Source of the DNA: Patescibacteria group bacterium
GTDB lineage: Bacteria > Patescibacteriota > UBA1384 > 2-12-FULL-50-11
Length of the DNA stretch: 44,023 nucleotides
Reading direction: 5' to 3'
Assembly: GCA_040900165.1 (NCBI GenBank)
Contig: JBBDZM010000003.1
Location: 1-44,023 of the forward strand
Positions within the stretch are counted from its first letter, which is position 1. Each line of letters begins with the position of its first letter. Of the stretch, positions 1 to 10,807 are shown in pieces. The translations under genes were made by a program, and so were the position numbers. The notes beneath the pieces were generated by a model. That model had not been told where the DNA came from, did no database searches, and saw only the letters and a list, made by a program, of their open reading frames with translations.

Positions 1-671
1 TCCTCAATCTCTTCAATGGTATCGCCAAACATTGTTATCCGGATAATCCGCTGGGAGTTGGACGGCATAATCTCGATAATTTCGCCGCGCGCCCGAAAAT
101 TTCCCCGTGATAGCTCGACGTCGTTGCGCTGATACTGCAGAAACACCAACTTGTCGATAATCGTTTCGCGGCTTAATTGCTCGCCCTTGCGGACAACCAA
201 TGTCGCTTTCTGGTACTCCTCGGCCGAGCCCAAGCCGTAGATGCAAGACACGGAAGCGACAATAATGACGTCGCGCCGGCTCAATAATGCCTGGGTGGCG
301 GCATGGCGGAGCCGGTCGATCTCGTCGTTTATCTGGGCTTCCTTTTCGATATAGGTATCGGTGTTGGGCATATAGGCCTCGGGTTGGTAATAATCGTAGT
401 AACTAACAAAATACTCAACGGCGTTTTTTGGAAATATTTGGCGGAACTCGCTGGTTAACTGGGCGGCTAGCGTCTTGTTGTGGGCGATTACCAGAGTGGG
501 GCGTTGGACTTGGGCAATCACATTGGCGGCGGTAAAGGTTTTGCCGGAGCCGGTGACACCCAAAAGGACCTGATGTTTCAGGCCCTTTTTCAATCCGTCC
601 ACCAACTGGCGGATCGCTTTGGGCTGATCACCAGCCGGAGTTTTGTCGGTGTTTAAAATAAACTTACCCAT
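1..671 (-). CDS. uvrB: Excinuclease ABC subunit B, 5' part (runs off window start)
   Basis: Manual translation from ATG 671: [20 protein letters not shown]...[12 protein letters not shown]...[13 protein letters not shown], the UvrB N-terminus with Walker A; absent from the ORF track because it is truncated. Confidence 0.97.
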   Translation of the reverse strand, partial: MGKFILNTDKTPAGDQPKAIRQLVDGLKKGLKHQVLLGVTGSGKTFTAANVIAQVQRPTLVIAHNKTLAAQLTSEFRQIFPKNAVEYFVSYYDYYQPEAYMPNTDTYIEKEAQINDEIDRLRHAATQALLSRRDVIIVASVSCIYGLGSAEEYQKATLVVRKGEQLSRETIIDKLVFLQYQRNDVELSRGNFRARGEIIEIMPSNSQRIIRITMFGDTIEEIE

Positions 672-926
672 ATTATTTCTTGCCCCTCACTAACTGCACA
701 ATGTCGTAACAGGACGTAGTCCGTTCGACTGGAAAGTTCAGTGTGGGGTCGGTTGCCAGTTGGAACTTCATCCAGGCAATTTTATCCTAACTCTCTCCAA
801 ATGTCTGCCCAACCAGTCAATATTATCTCTATCAACCCAACCACTTGTATACGCTTTGACCCATATCTTAACCAAGAACAATCAACAATCTTAATTTTCC
901 CCATATACGGCCATCAGCCCAACCAC

Positions 927-956
927 TTGACAGGTTCAACCGGCACCTTTACTAAT
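927..956 (+). promoter_or_regulatory. Putative sigma70 promoter for the small gene at 1028
   Basis: TTGACA (927-932), 17 nt, TACTAAT. Confidence 0.45.
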
Positions 957-1027
957 GGTAAAAGGTGGCAACAGGTTTGTTACCAAGAAATTGAAAAATA
1001 AACTCTGCGGGGAAGGAGGTGAAAGAA

Positions 1028-1228
1028 ATGGCATTTAGTACAGTTTCAAAAAAGTCTGGTAAGACTTACTACCTACACTCTCGAGACGTTACGCTTCGAG
1101 GTGGACGAATGCAGACAATCTACTTTTTCGCGCAAGATGTCCGAGATGGGGCATTGGATGCGGTCCCCGCAGGTTACGTAGTAATGGAGAACGCTCGAAC
1201 CGGTCTTCCAATGTTGAAGAAAGGTTAA
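1028..1228 (+). CDS. Small conserved-looking hypothetical protein (66 aa)
   Basis: Very strong SD AAGGAGGTGA (1013-1022) 5 nt before ATG 1028, own promoter and terminator; motifs YYLH..VTLRGG..QTIYFF and ENARTGLPMLKK. Confidence 0.85.
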   Translation: MAFSTVSKKSGKTYYLHSRDVTLRGGRMQTIYFFAQDVRDGALDAVPAGYVVMENARTGLPMLKKG

Positions 1229-1246
1229 ACGTGTTTCACGTTGAGC

Positions 1247-1292
1247 ACTAAAGAGTCCGCTCCGCCAGTTGGCGGATAGCGGGCTTTTTAGT
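1247..1292 (+). terminator. Intrinsic terminator with an internal palindrome
   Basis: ACTAAAGAGTCCGCT / AGCGGGCTTTTTAGT stem (G-U pairs on +) enclosing TCCGCCA-GT-TGGCGGA. Confidence 0.7.
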
Positions 1293-1332
1293 TGTACTGG
1301 CGTAATCGAGTTAAATACCGGATAATCCTTGT

Positions 1333-2424
1333 ATGAAGGTTGCCCTTGTCCATGATTTTTTTACCCAGTGGGGCGGTGCCGAGCGGGTGCTAAAAGTTTT
1401 TAGCGAAATCTATCCGGACGCGCCGATATATCTAATCGTTAAAGACCAACAACTGGTCGATGAGTTTTTGCCCGGTCGAAAAGTTATCCCCAGCTTTCTG
1501 CAGGACTATCCGGGAATGCCCAATCAGCGCAAATTCTATTTCCCCTTAATGCCCAGGGCGATCGAGTCTTTTGATTTTTCCGGTTTTGACCTGGTGCTCT
1601 CTAGTTCGTCTGCCTACGCCAAAGGTATTATTACCAAGCCGCCAACCAAACATATTTGTTATCTCCACACCCCCACCCGTTATTTAACGGTTGATACCGA
1701 ACAATATTTAGCCGACGCACCAATTCCCTGGCCGATTATCGGTCGGCCAATAGTCCGGATGCTAATCAAACGGCTCCAAAAATGGGACCTCCAGGCCAGC
1801 AAACGCCCGGATTACCTAATAGCCAACTCTACCTATATTTATGTCCGGACCAAGCAGTTTTATGGGCGAGTGGCGGATGCGATTGTTTTTCCGCCAGTTG
1901 ATACCAACCAATTTAAGATTGCTGACAAAATTGGCGACTACTGGCTGACGTTGGGGCGCAACGAGCCCTACAAACGTACCGATATCGCCATTCTGGCCGC
2001 CAAAAAACTTGGGCTGAAATTAAAAGTCGTCGGTGGCGGTAGTGATTTGGATAACTTAAAAAAAATTGCCGGCAAAAAGACTGAATTTCTGGGGCGGGTG
2101 CCGGATTCAGAATTGGCCAAGCTATATGCTGGGGCGATCGGGCTAATTTTCCCGCCTCGCGAGGACGCGGGTATGACGTCGTTAGAAGCAATGGCCTGTG
2201 GCCGGCCGGTGATTGCCTTTGGCGAAGGGGGTTCGTTAGAGACCGTCAAGCACGGGGTAACCGGCGAGTTTTTCCCTGAGCAATCGGTCGAGTCGTTGGT
2301 AGCGGTACTAGAAAAATTTGACCCAGCTAAGTACGATCCCCAAACAATCCGTGAGCACGTTATGCAGTTTGATACCAAGCGGTTCAAGCAAAAAATCCAG
2401 GAAATTGTCCAAAACAATCTTTAG
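1333..2424 (+). CDS. GT4-family (GT-B) glycosyltransferase
   Basis: MKVALVHD..GGAERVL N-terminus, YLHTP, EDAGMTSLEAMACGRPVI (EX7E) motif. Confidence 0.92.
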   Translation: MKVALVHDFFTQWGGAERVLKVFSEIYPDAPIYLIVKDQQLVDEFLPGRKVIPSFLQDYPGMPNQRKFYFPLMPRAIESFDFSGFDLVLSSSSAYAKGIITKPPTKHICYLHTPTRYLTVDTEQYLADAPIPWPIIGRPIVRMLIKRLQKWDLQASKRPDYLIANSTYIYVRTKQFYGRVADAIVFPPVDTNQFKIADKIGDYWLTLGRNEPYKRTDIAILAAKKLGLKLKVVGGGSDLDNLKKIAGKKTEFLGRVPDSELAKLYAGAIGLIFPPREDAGMTSLEAMACGRPVIAFGEGGSLETVKHGVTGEFFPEQSVESLVAVLEKFDPAKYDPQTIREHVMQFDTKRFKQKIQEIVQNNL

Positions 2425-2425
2425 T

Positions 2426-2623
2426 GACCGTTTCCCAGTACTCCGTAGAGTCGGCGCTTTAGTGTCTAACTACCTGGATTGTTCCAGGGCCTCTAAAAGT
2501 TTAAGGCGGTTCGGGCTGGAGCCCGGAACCGCCTTGGACCAGATATGTCAGGCCTGGCGGCCTGCACCCTTTAGCTGTGTGTCGGCCAGACTCCGTTGGT
2601 TATGCCTCGTATTGGAGCTGGCT
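2426..2623 (-). ncRNA. Candidate ~200-nt rod-like ncRNA, possibly 6S RNA
   Basis: Nested long-range pairing of the two ends, terminal stem AAGGCGGTTC..GAACCGCCTT, internal hairpin CCTGGA-ACAA-TCCAGG, extended -10 TGcTACAAT at 2637-2629; strand not certain. Confidence 0.4.
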
Positions 2624-2636
2624 TACTAATTGTAGC

Positions 2637-2672
2637 AAAAAAATTAAGGGGCGACTCCGGTTGGAGCCGCCC
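2637..2672 (-). terminator. Intrinsic terminator (minus strand)
   Basis: Minus strand GGGCGGCTCC-AACC-GGAGTCGCCC followed by CTTAATTTTTTT. Confidence 0.7.
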
Positions 2673-2766
2673 TCAGGAATGTCCCCGAAGGGACCAAGTG
2701 CCCAGAAGGGCATTCTCGCATTCGCTCGCTTTCTTTCCGGATTGGCACGGAACGGTTTCCGTGTCC
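2637..2766 (-). ncRNA. Candidate multi-hairpin small RNA, or structured 3' UTR of the HAD gene
   Basis: TTGACT-16-TACAGT (2799-2772), three GC hairpins (one with a UUCG loop), then the terminator. Confidence 0.3.
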
Positions 2767-2791
2767 CTATAACTGTACTCTTTGCTTACGG

Positions 2792-3421
2792 TTAGTCAAT
2801 GTAATAATCAAGGATTTTCGGCCAATCCATTGGCTCAACGTGCGGCATTTCGACCCGTAGCATGGCATTCCACGGACAAGGAAAACCAATTGGCTTAATA
2901 GCCAAGTCCCAGTCGCGAAATTCGTGGAGATTATCCTCCACCAAGCAACTGGCGCCGATCGACTTGCAGCACTGGAGCTTGCTGCGCTGATTCTCCCCAG
3001 AGTTGACGGGATTGTCCTTAGCAGAGGTGTGGTGAATCACCAATGGCAGGCCATGATTGTTAAACCATCGCTTCGTCACATCAACTAACCCACCGATCCG
3101 ACCAGTAACTATTTGGACATCGTGAACAGCTATTAGTTTTTTGAGCGCTTCGATCGCTCCCGGGATAGCCGGCAGATTCTCGTAGTGACCGTGCCACATA
3201 AAGTTGTAGTGGATTTCTTTGATCTGAGACGGTGGTATACCAAAGTATTTGGCAAAGTTTTGATCGGCCAACTCCGAAATCAATATCTCCCGTCCAATGC
3301 TCTCCCCAACAAACCGAGAGAACGGTTGAAAAAAATCGACGATGACGCCGTCGGCATCGAAGGCCAGAACCTTCTTGGTAGTATTAATGTGCATTTCGTT
3401 CTCCGTGGCCATACTAAACAT
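2792..3421 (-). CDS. HAD-superfamily hydrolase, 5'(3')-deoxyribonucleotidase-like
   Basis: Motif I LAFDADGV, IVTGR, LVEDN, PWN; start may be an internal ATG. Confidence 0.8.
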   Translation of the reverse strand: MFSMATENEMHINTTKKVLAFDADGVIVDFFQPFSRFVGESIGREILISELADQNFAKYFGIPPSQIKEIHYNFMWHGHYENLPAIPGAIEALKKLIAVHDVQIVTGRIGGLVDVTKRWFNNHGLPLVIHHTSAKDNPVNSGENQRSKLQCCKSIGASCLVEDNLHEFRDWDLAIKPIGFPCPWNAMLRVEMPHVEPMDWPKILDYYID

Positions 3422-3466
3422 TGCTCAGTCGCTAAACAAGCGCATTTTTACCCGATTTGACCGGTT

Positions 3467-3495
3467 AAAAAATGACCCAGCGGGGTGCTGGATCA
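3467..3495 (-). terminator. Intrinsic terminator after ORF 3499-3918
   Basis: Minus strand TGATCCAGC-ACCCC-GCTGGGTCA-TTTTTT. Confidence 0.65.
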
Positions 3496-3498
3496 CTA

Positions 3499-3918
3499 TT
3501 ATTTAAGGATTCTGTCTAGGTGGTATTTCCGGGCAAATAGTTCCACCTTAACCTGGTTGAACTTGATCAGATGAAGCAACATGACGAGCAGTGCCCCGTC
3601 AACTACTCCCAGCTGCTTCTCCAAAGCCGTTAGGTCCGCATGGACCGACCGGTGGTTGGTGGCGCCATCAATCACGGTGCGAATGAGCGGGATGCCCAAC
3701 TGATTAACTCGCTCCCGGGCAAATGCCTGGAAAGGACCGGGGTGGAAGTCGGCTAGTAAGAGCAAGGCGCAAATAACGTGTCTATCGCACCCAACCTTCC
3801 CTAGCTTTTTGACGTCGCTAAAGATGCCAGCCATTTGGTCGATGGGCCCGGTGGCTCTGACCAATAATTCAACGAACTGGCTGTACGCGTTTTTGCATTT
3901 AAATGTACAGATAATCAA
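3499..3918 (-). CDS. Hypothetical protein
   Basis: 139-aa ORF ending directly before a minus-strand terminator; no recognisable motif; start uncertain. Confidence 0.55.
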   Translation of the reverse strand: MIICTFKCKNAYSQFVELLVRATGPIDQMAGIFSDVKKLGKVGCDRHVICALLLLADFHPGPFQAFARERVNQLGIPLIRTVIDGATNHRSVHADLTALEKQLGVVDGALLVMLLHLIKFNQVKVELFARKYHLDRILK

Positions 3919-4054
3919 AACGTGGTAATACTACCAGAGCCCCAGCTATTTGTTAATAGCTATATGCCAAAATGTTCGACAATATTGACACGCATAACTC
4001 TCTATTGTTGAGGGTATTGTATGGGGTATATCCCATACAACTGGGACGTGTACG

Positions 4055-4085
4055 AAAAACGCCCGTGGTCGAAACCACGGGCGTT
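4055..4085 (-). terminator. Intrinsic terminator after ORF 4097-4306
   Basis: Perfect 12-bp stem AACGCCCGTGGT-TTCG-ACCACGGGCGTT then TTT on minus. Confidence 0.75.
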
Positions 4086-4096
4086 GAGTGAGCGGC

Positions 4097-4306
4097 TCAA
4101 CCAAATGTGATGAGCGCGAAGACGAAGGTGAAAACGGCGGAGATGCCGATTCCCAGGTTGAACACTGGGATATTGTCCGGGACGATCCGTTGCTGGATTC
4201 GTGTCCTTGGGTGTTTGAACCCGGTTGTCGCCACAAGGCGATAACAACAGAACAGCAGCAGTGCGATTCCCGCCAGGATCAGTAGGTACGGTGCAACTTC
4301 CTTCAT
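4097..4306 (-). CDS. Small two-TM membrane protein
   Basis: MKEVAPYLLILAGIALLLFCC...LGIGISAVFTFVFALITFG; two hydrophobic segments, terminator immediately downstream. Confidence 0.65.
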   Translation of the reverse strand: MKEVAPYLLILAGIALLLFCCYRLVATTGFKHPRTRIQQRIVPDNIPVFNLGIGISAVFTFVFALITFG

Positions 4307-4469
4307 TTCAGCGTATTTTATACCAGATTTTGGCCAAAAAGTCAAGGGCTAGACCGGTACTTTCTGATAGGTCTATGAGCTTGAAAAACAGGGGTAATAC
4401 GGTATAGTTGTTGATATGGAAGAGACTGTAAATCAACAATTTTGTGCTGAAATTCTTCCAGCACAATAA

Positions 4470-6431
<1,962 letters not shown>

Positions 6432-6437
6432 ATAATT

Positions 6438-9008
6438 ATGAAAGATAACGAGAAAAAAGATTTACCAGTTGAGGAGACACCGGAAGAGATTGAGATACCG
6501 GAGGTGAGTGCCGAGGAGCTGGAAACTACTGGCAAAAAAACTGAGTACGGCTTGATCCGGGCTCGGTCAATTAATAACGAGATGACCGAGAGCTATCTCG
6601 ATTACGCCATGAGTGTAATCGTTGCCCGAGCCTTGCCCGATGTTCGCGACGGCTTGAAACCAGTTCACCGGCGAATTCTCTTTGCCATGCACGAAATGGG
6701 TCTGACTCCTACCTCCAAACACCGCAAGTCGGCCAAGATTAACGGTGAAGTTTTGGGTAACTATCACCCCCACGGTGAGCTGGCTGTTTACGACTCAATG
6801 GTTCGAATGGCCCAATGGTGGAGCTTGCGCTTACCGCTGGTTAACGGTCAGGGAAACTTTGGCTCGATGGACGGCGACTCGCCAGCGGCCTCGCGCTACA
6901 CCGAAGCCAGATTAGCGCCACCGGCCGATGGGTTACTCCAAGATATCGACAAAGAGACAGTTGATTTCCGCGACAACTACGACGGCACCAAGCAAGAGCC
7001 AGTGGTACTGCCAACCCGTATTCCCAACCTGTTGGTTAACGGCTCGCAGGGAATTGCTGTTGGCATGGCGACCAATATTCCACCGCATAACTTGAATGAA
7101 ATTATTGACGGTTTACTCCTTTTGCAGAAAAATCCCAAAGCCGATGTCGACGAGCTAATTGAAGTTATTAAGGGGCCGGATTTCCCAACCCGCGGTATTG
7201 CCTACGGTTTAAGCGATATCAAACAGGCCTTTGCCACCGGCCGCGGACGGATCGTTGTCCGGGGTCGTGCCGAAATTGTCGAGGACAAAAAACGCGACCA
7301 AATTATTATTACCGAACTGCCGTATCAAACCAATAAGGCAACGTTTATTACCCGGATTGCCGAATTGGTCAAAGACAAAAAAATTGAGGGTGTCTACGAT
7401 ATCCGCGACGAGTCCGACCGCTCCGATGGCGTTCGGGTAGTTATCGATCTCAAGTCCGGCGCCGTTTCATCGAAAATTTTAAACCAACTCTACGAAATGA
7501 CCGAACTCCAGAGTGTTGTCCACTATAATATGGTGGCACTGGTTGATAGTATCCAGCCAAAACTGCTGTCGTTGCCAGAAATGCTCAGTGAATTTTTGGG
7601 CCACCGGACCGATGTTGTTACCCGCCGAACTAACTACGAGCTAAAAATCGCCAAAGCCCGGGCCCATATATTAGAGGGCTTAAAAATCGCCCTCGACCAT
7701 TTGGATGCGATTATTGCTCTAATTCGCAAGTCGGAAAACCGCGACGCCGCCAAGACGGCCTTAATGAGCGAGTTTAAACTAAGCGAGCTCCAAGCCAACG
7801 CCATTTTGGATATGCGCTTATCGCAGTTGGCCAACCTGGAGCGGCAGAAGGTTTACGATGAATATGAAGCGGTCATGAAATTAAACGCCGATCTTGAGGA
7901 TATTTTGGCAAAACCGGAGCGGGTGGAATCAATTATTCGTGACGAATTGGCGGAAGTTAAAAAGAAATACGGTAATGACCGGCGCACGGAGATTCGTCCC
8001 GAACAACTCGGGCAGATGACTGCTTACGATTTAATTCCCGAAGAAGAAGTCCTGATTACACTAACGATTAACAACTACGCCAAGCGAATGACCCCGGATA
8101 CCTACCGCAGCCAATCGCGCGGCGGCAAGGGTGTAATTGGTATGGCCACCCGCGAAGACGACTACGTGATGGATATTATTTCCTGCTCTACCCACGACGA
8201 CCTGCTGTTTTTCACCAGCCGCGGTCGGGCATTTAAGGTAAAGGCCTACGAGATTCCGGCCGCTAGTCGCCAAAGCAAAGGGGTGGCGATGCCTAATATT
8301 ATTCGGATTGACCAAAACGAAAAAGTCACGGAAGTAATGGCAATTAGCAAAAATGAGCCGTTCAAATACTTTTTCTTTGCGACCCAACACGGAACGGTTA
8401 AGCGAGTACCAAGAGAGCTGCTCGACAATATCCGCAAAAGCGGAGTGGTCGCGGTTGGCCTCAAGGGCGACGACAGCTTGCTTTGGGTAAAACGAACCTC
8501 CGGCAACGACGAGATTGCCCACGTTACCAAAAACGGCCAAGTAATTGTTTATAACGAGGACGAAGTCCGGCCAATGGGGCGAAGTGCCGCTGGGGTGCGG
8601 GGGATTAAGCTTAAAGAAAAAACCGACGCGGTTATTGAGACAGCTGTGCTATCTGATTCATCGGAGGCAATTGGGGTAATCAGCGAAAACGGCATCGGCA
8701 AAAAAGTTGAAGTCGGCGCTTTCCGCAATCAACACCGGGGCGGTAGTGGTATCCGGATTGCCAAGCTTAACGATAAAACCGGCAAATTAGTAACGGGCGA
8801 AGTTATCGAGCCCGATGCGACTGAGATTATTATCGCCACCACCAGCGGGCAGATTATTAAAATTCCGGCAAGCTCGTTGAAGAAATTATCGCGGCAGGCC
8901 AGCGGCGTTATCTTGATGCGGACCAACGGGAGTGATAAAGTTAGTAACCTAACGGTCATTTACGAATTCGATAAAAACAATACGGACAATGAACCGGCCA
9001 AAAAATAA
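6438..9008 (+). CDS. gyrA: DNA gyrase subunit A
   Basis: RALPDVRDGLKPVHRR, catalytic RYTE, GyrA-box QSRGGKG, C-terminal pinwheel repeats. Confidence 0.98.
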   Translation: MKDNEKKDLPVEETPEEIEIPEVSAEELETTGKKTEYGLIRARSINNEMTESYLDYAMSVIVARALPDVRDGLKPVHRRILFAMHEMGLTPTSKHRKSAKINGEVLGNYHPHGELAVYDSMVRMAQWWSLRLPLVNGQGNFGSMDGDSPAASRYTEARLAPPADGLLQDIDKETVDFRDNYDGTKQEPVVLPTRIPNLLVNGSQGIAVGMATNIPPHNLNEIIDGLLLLQKNPKADVDELIEVIKGPDFPTRGIAYGLSDIKQAFATGRGRIVVRGRAEIVEDKKRDQIIITELPYQTNKATFITRIAELVKDKKIEGVYDIRDESDRSDGVRVVIDLKSGAVSSKILNQLYEMTELQSVVHYNMVALVDSIQPKLLSLPEMLSEFLGHRTDVVTRRTNYELKIAKARAHILEGLKIALDHLDAIIALIRKSENRDAAKTALMSEFKLSELQANAILDMRLSQLANLERQKVYDEYEAVMKLNADLEDILAKPERVESIIRDELAEVKKKYGNDRRTEIRPEQLGQMTAYDLIPEEEVLITLTINNYAKRMTPDTYRSQSRGGKGVIGMATREDDYVMDIISCSTHDDLLFFTSRGRAFKVKAYEIPAASRQSKGVAMPNIIRIDQNEKVTEVMAISKNEPFKYFFFATQHGTVKRVPRELLDNIRKSGVVAVGLKGDDSLLWVKRTSGNDEIAHVTKNGQVIVYNEDEVRPMGRSAAGVRGIKLKEKTDAVIETAVLSDSSEAIGVISENGIGKKVEVGAFRNQHRGGSGIRIAKLNDKTGKLVTGEVIEPDATEIIIATTSGQIIKIPASSLKKLSRQASGVILMRTNGSDKVSNLTVIYEFDKNNTDNEPAKK

Positions 9009-9010
9009 CG

Positions 9011-10711
9011 ATGAGCGACAAACCCAAAATTCAAATACCCGAGGAAATTTCCGTACGCGCGCTCGCCAGCGTCCTTAAAGTCGACCCCACTAAAGTTATT
9101 GGCAAACTAGTCGCCGGCGGAGTTTTTGCCAATATTAACCAGTCGGTAGATTACGATACTGCCAGTTTGGTTGCCGGAGAATTTGGTTTTGAAGCCGAGC
9201 CCGAGCAAAAATCGACGGCAGTTAATAAAACTACTATTAGTAAAGACGCAGTTGAACGAGCACCGATTGTGACAATTATGGGTCACGTCGATCACGGTAA
9301 GACATCGCTTTTAGACTATATCCGCCGCTCCAATATTGCCGCGGGCGAAACCGGGGGAATTACCCAACACATTAGTGCCTACCAAATTAACTTTAAAACC
9401 AAAGAGGCTAAAAACCGGAAAATCACTTTTGTTGACACCCCCGGTCACGAAGCCTTCTCGGCTCTGCGGGCGCACGGTGCGTCGTTGACCGATATCGTTA
9501 TCTTGGTGGTTGCGGCCGATGACGGCATCAAACCCCAGACTATCGAAGCAATTGAGCAAGCCAAAAGCGCAAACGCCCCAATTGTCGTGGCGATTAACAA
9601 AGCCGATTTGCCAGGCGCCAACATCGACAGAGTTAAACAGCAGTTAACTGATCACGGATTAAATCCCGAGGATTGGGGCGGCCACACTATTACCGTGCCA
9701 ATCTCCGCTAAAACCGGCTCTGGTGTGGAGGATCTATTAGAGATGGTTTTGCTAACGGCCGATATTCTAGAGCTAAAAGCCGATCCCGATGCGACTGCCG
9801 AAGGAATTGTTATTGAAGCTAACCTTGATAAACAGGTTGGCCCCATTGCCACCGTCCTTGTCTACAACGGCTCGCTTCATCCGGGACAAGTAATTGTTAT
9901 TGGCAAGACATACGGACGGATTCGGGCCCTGCTGGATGATTTGGGCGATAAAATTAGCTCGGCTGGACCAGCCAAGCCAGCAATTATTACTGGGCTAAAA
10001 GACGTTCCGAAGTTTGGCGAAAGACTAGAAGTAGTGCCGAACGAAAAAGTCGCCCGGACAATGACCCAAGATCTACAAGCCACTGGTAAGAAAAGTAATA
10101 AAGAAAGCGAAAACACCTACCCGATTATCATTAAAGCCGATGTCGGTGGATCGTTGGCGGCCCTGGAAGGGTCGATCCGCAAGCTCAAAACCAAAGACGC
10201 AACCGTCGAGATTATCGCCAGTGGGATTGGCCCAGTTAACGAAAACGATATCAGCCTAGCTAAGGCCGCCAAAGCCCACGTTATTGCCTTTCGAGTAGCC
10301 ACCCCGAAACGAATTCAAGATATCGCCGCCAAAGACGGCGTTGAAGCCAAGGAATACTGGATTATTTACGACGCCACCGATTTTCTGCAAGCCGAGCTAA
10401 AACGAATCGCCACGCCAGTGGAAGTTGTCAAAGAAATCGGCCGCTTGAAAGTGCTGGCGCTGTTCTCCAAAAAAGGTACCCAGGCAATTGTTGGTGGGGA
10501 AGTTCTTAGCGGTGAGATTAAAAAAGACCTACAGTTGGTGATAAATCGCAGCAAAGAAGAGGTTGGCAAAGGCAAGATTATTGCCGTTAAGGTTGGTAAA
10601 GTCGAAGTTGATTTAGCCGAAAAGGGGACACAGTGCGGGCTATCGGTTGAAACCGATGCGGAAATTGTCAACGGCGATATTTTAGTTGCCAACACAGTTA
10701 GTTACGAGTAA
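9011..10711 (+). CDS. infB: Translation initiation factor IF-2 (short form)
   Basis: [36 protein letters not shown]. Confidence 0.96.
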   Translation: MSDKPKIQIPEEISVRALASVLKVDPTKVIGKLVAGGVFANINQSVDYDTASLVAGEFGFEAEPEQKSTAVNKTTISKDAVERAPIVTIMGHVDHGKTSLLDYIRRSNIAAGETGGITQHISAYQINFKTKEAKNRKITFVDTPGHEAFSALRAHGASLTDIVILVVAADDGIKPQTIEAIEQAKSANAPIVVAINKADLPGANIDRVKQQLTDHGLNPEDWGGHTITVPISAKTGSGVEDLLEMVLLTADILELKADPDATAEGIVIEANLDKQVGPIATVLVYNGSLHPGQVIVIGKTYGRIRALLDDLGDKISSAGPAKPAIITGLKDVPKFGERLEVVPNEKVARTMTQDLQATGKKSNKESENTYPIIIKADVGGSLAALEGSIRKLKTKDATVEIIASGIGPVNENDISLAKAAKAHVIAFRVATPKRIQDIAAKDGVEAKEYWIIYDATDFLQAELKRIATPVEVVKEIGRLKVLALFSKKGTQAIVGGEVLSGEIKKDLQLVINRSKEEVGKGKIIAVKVGKVEVDLAEKGTQCGLSVETDAEIVNGDILVANTVSYE

Positions 10712-10807
10712 GCGGCTTGTCGAGTAGGCTAACTTTAGTTAGCGTTAGGCTATGGGAGGGAAATAAGCTTTTTAGAGCAGATTTGGTATGGCTGGCTACA
10801 GTTTGGG

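Noticed and set aside
741-1001. 86-aa plus-strand ORF
   Set aside because: Spans the divergent promoter region, no SD or recognisable motif
2535-2580. SRP RNA-like TGTCAGG motif
   Set aside because: Lacks the GNRA loop and AGCAG of SRP domain IV
2318-2795. ORFs 2318-2629 and 2577-2795
   Set aside because: Overlap the glycosyltransferase or hairpin-rich sequence and cross a terminator; better explained as RNA structure
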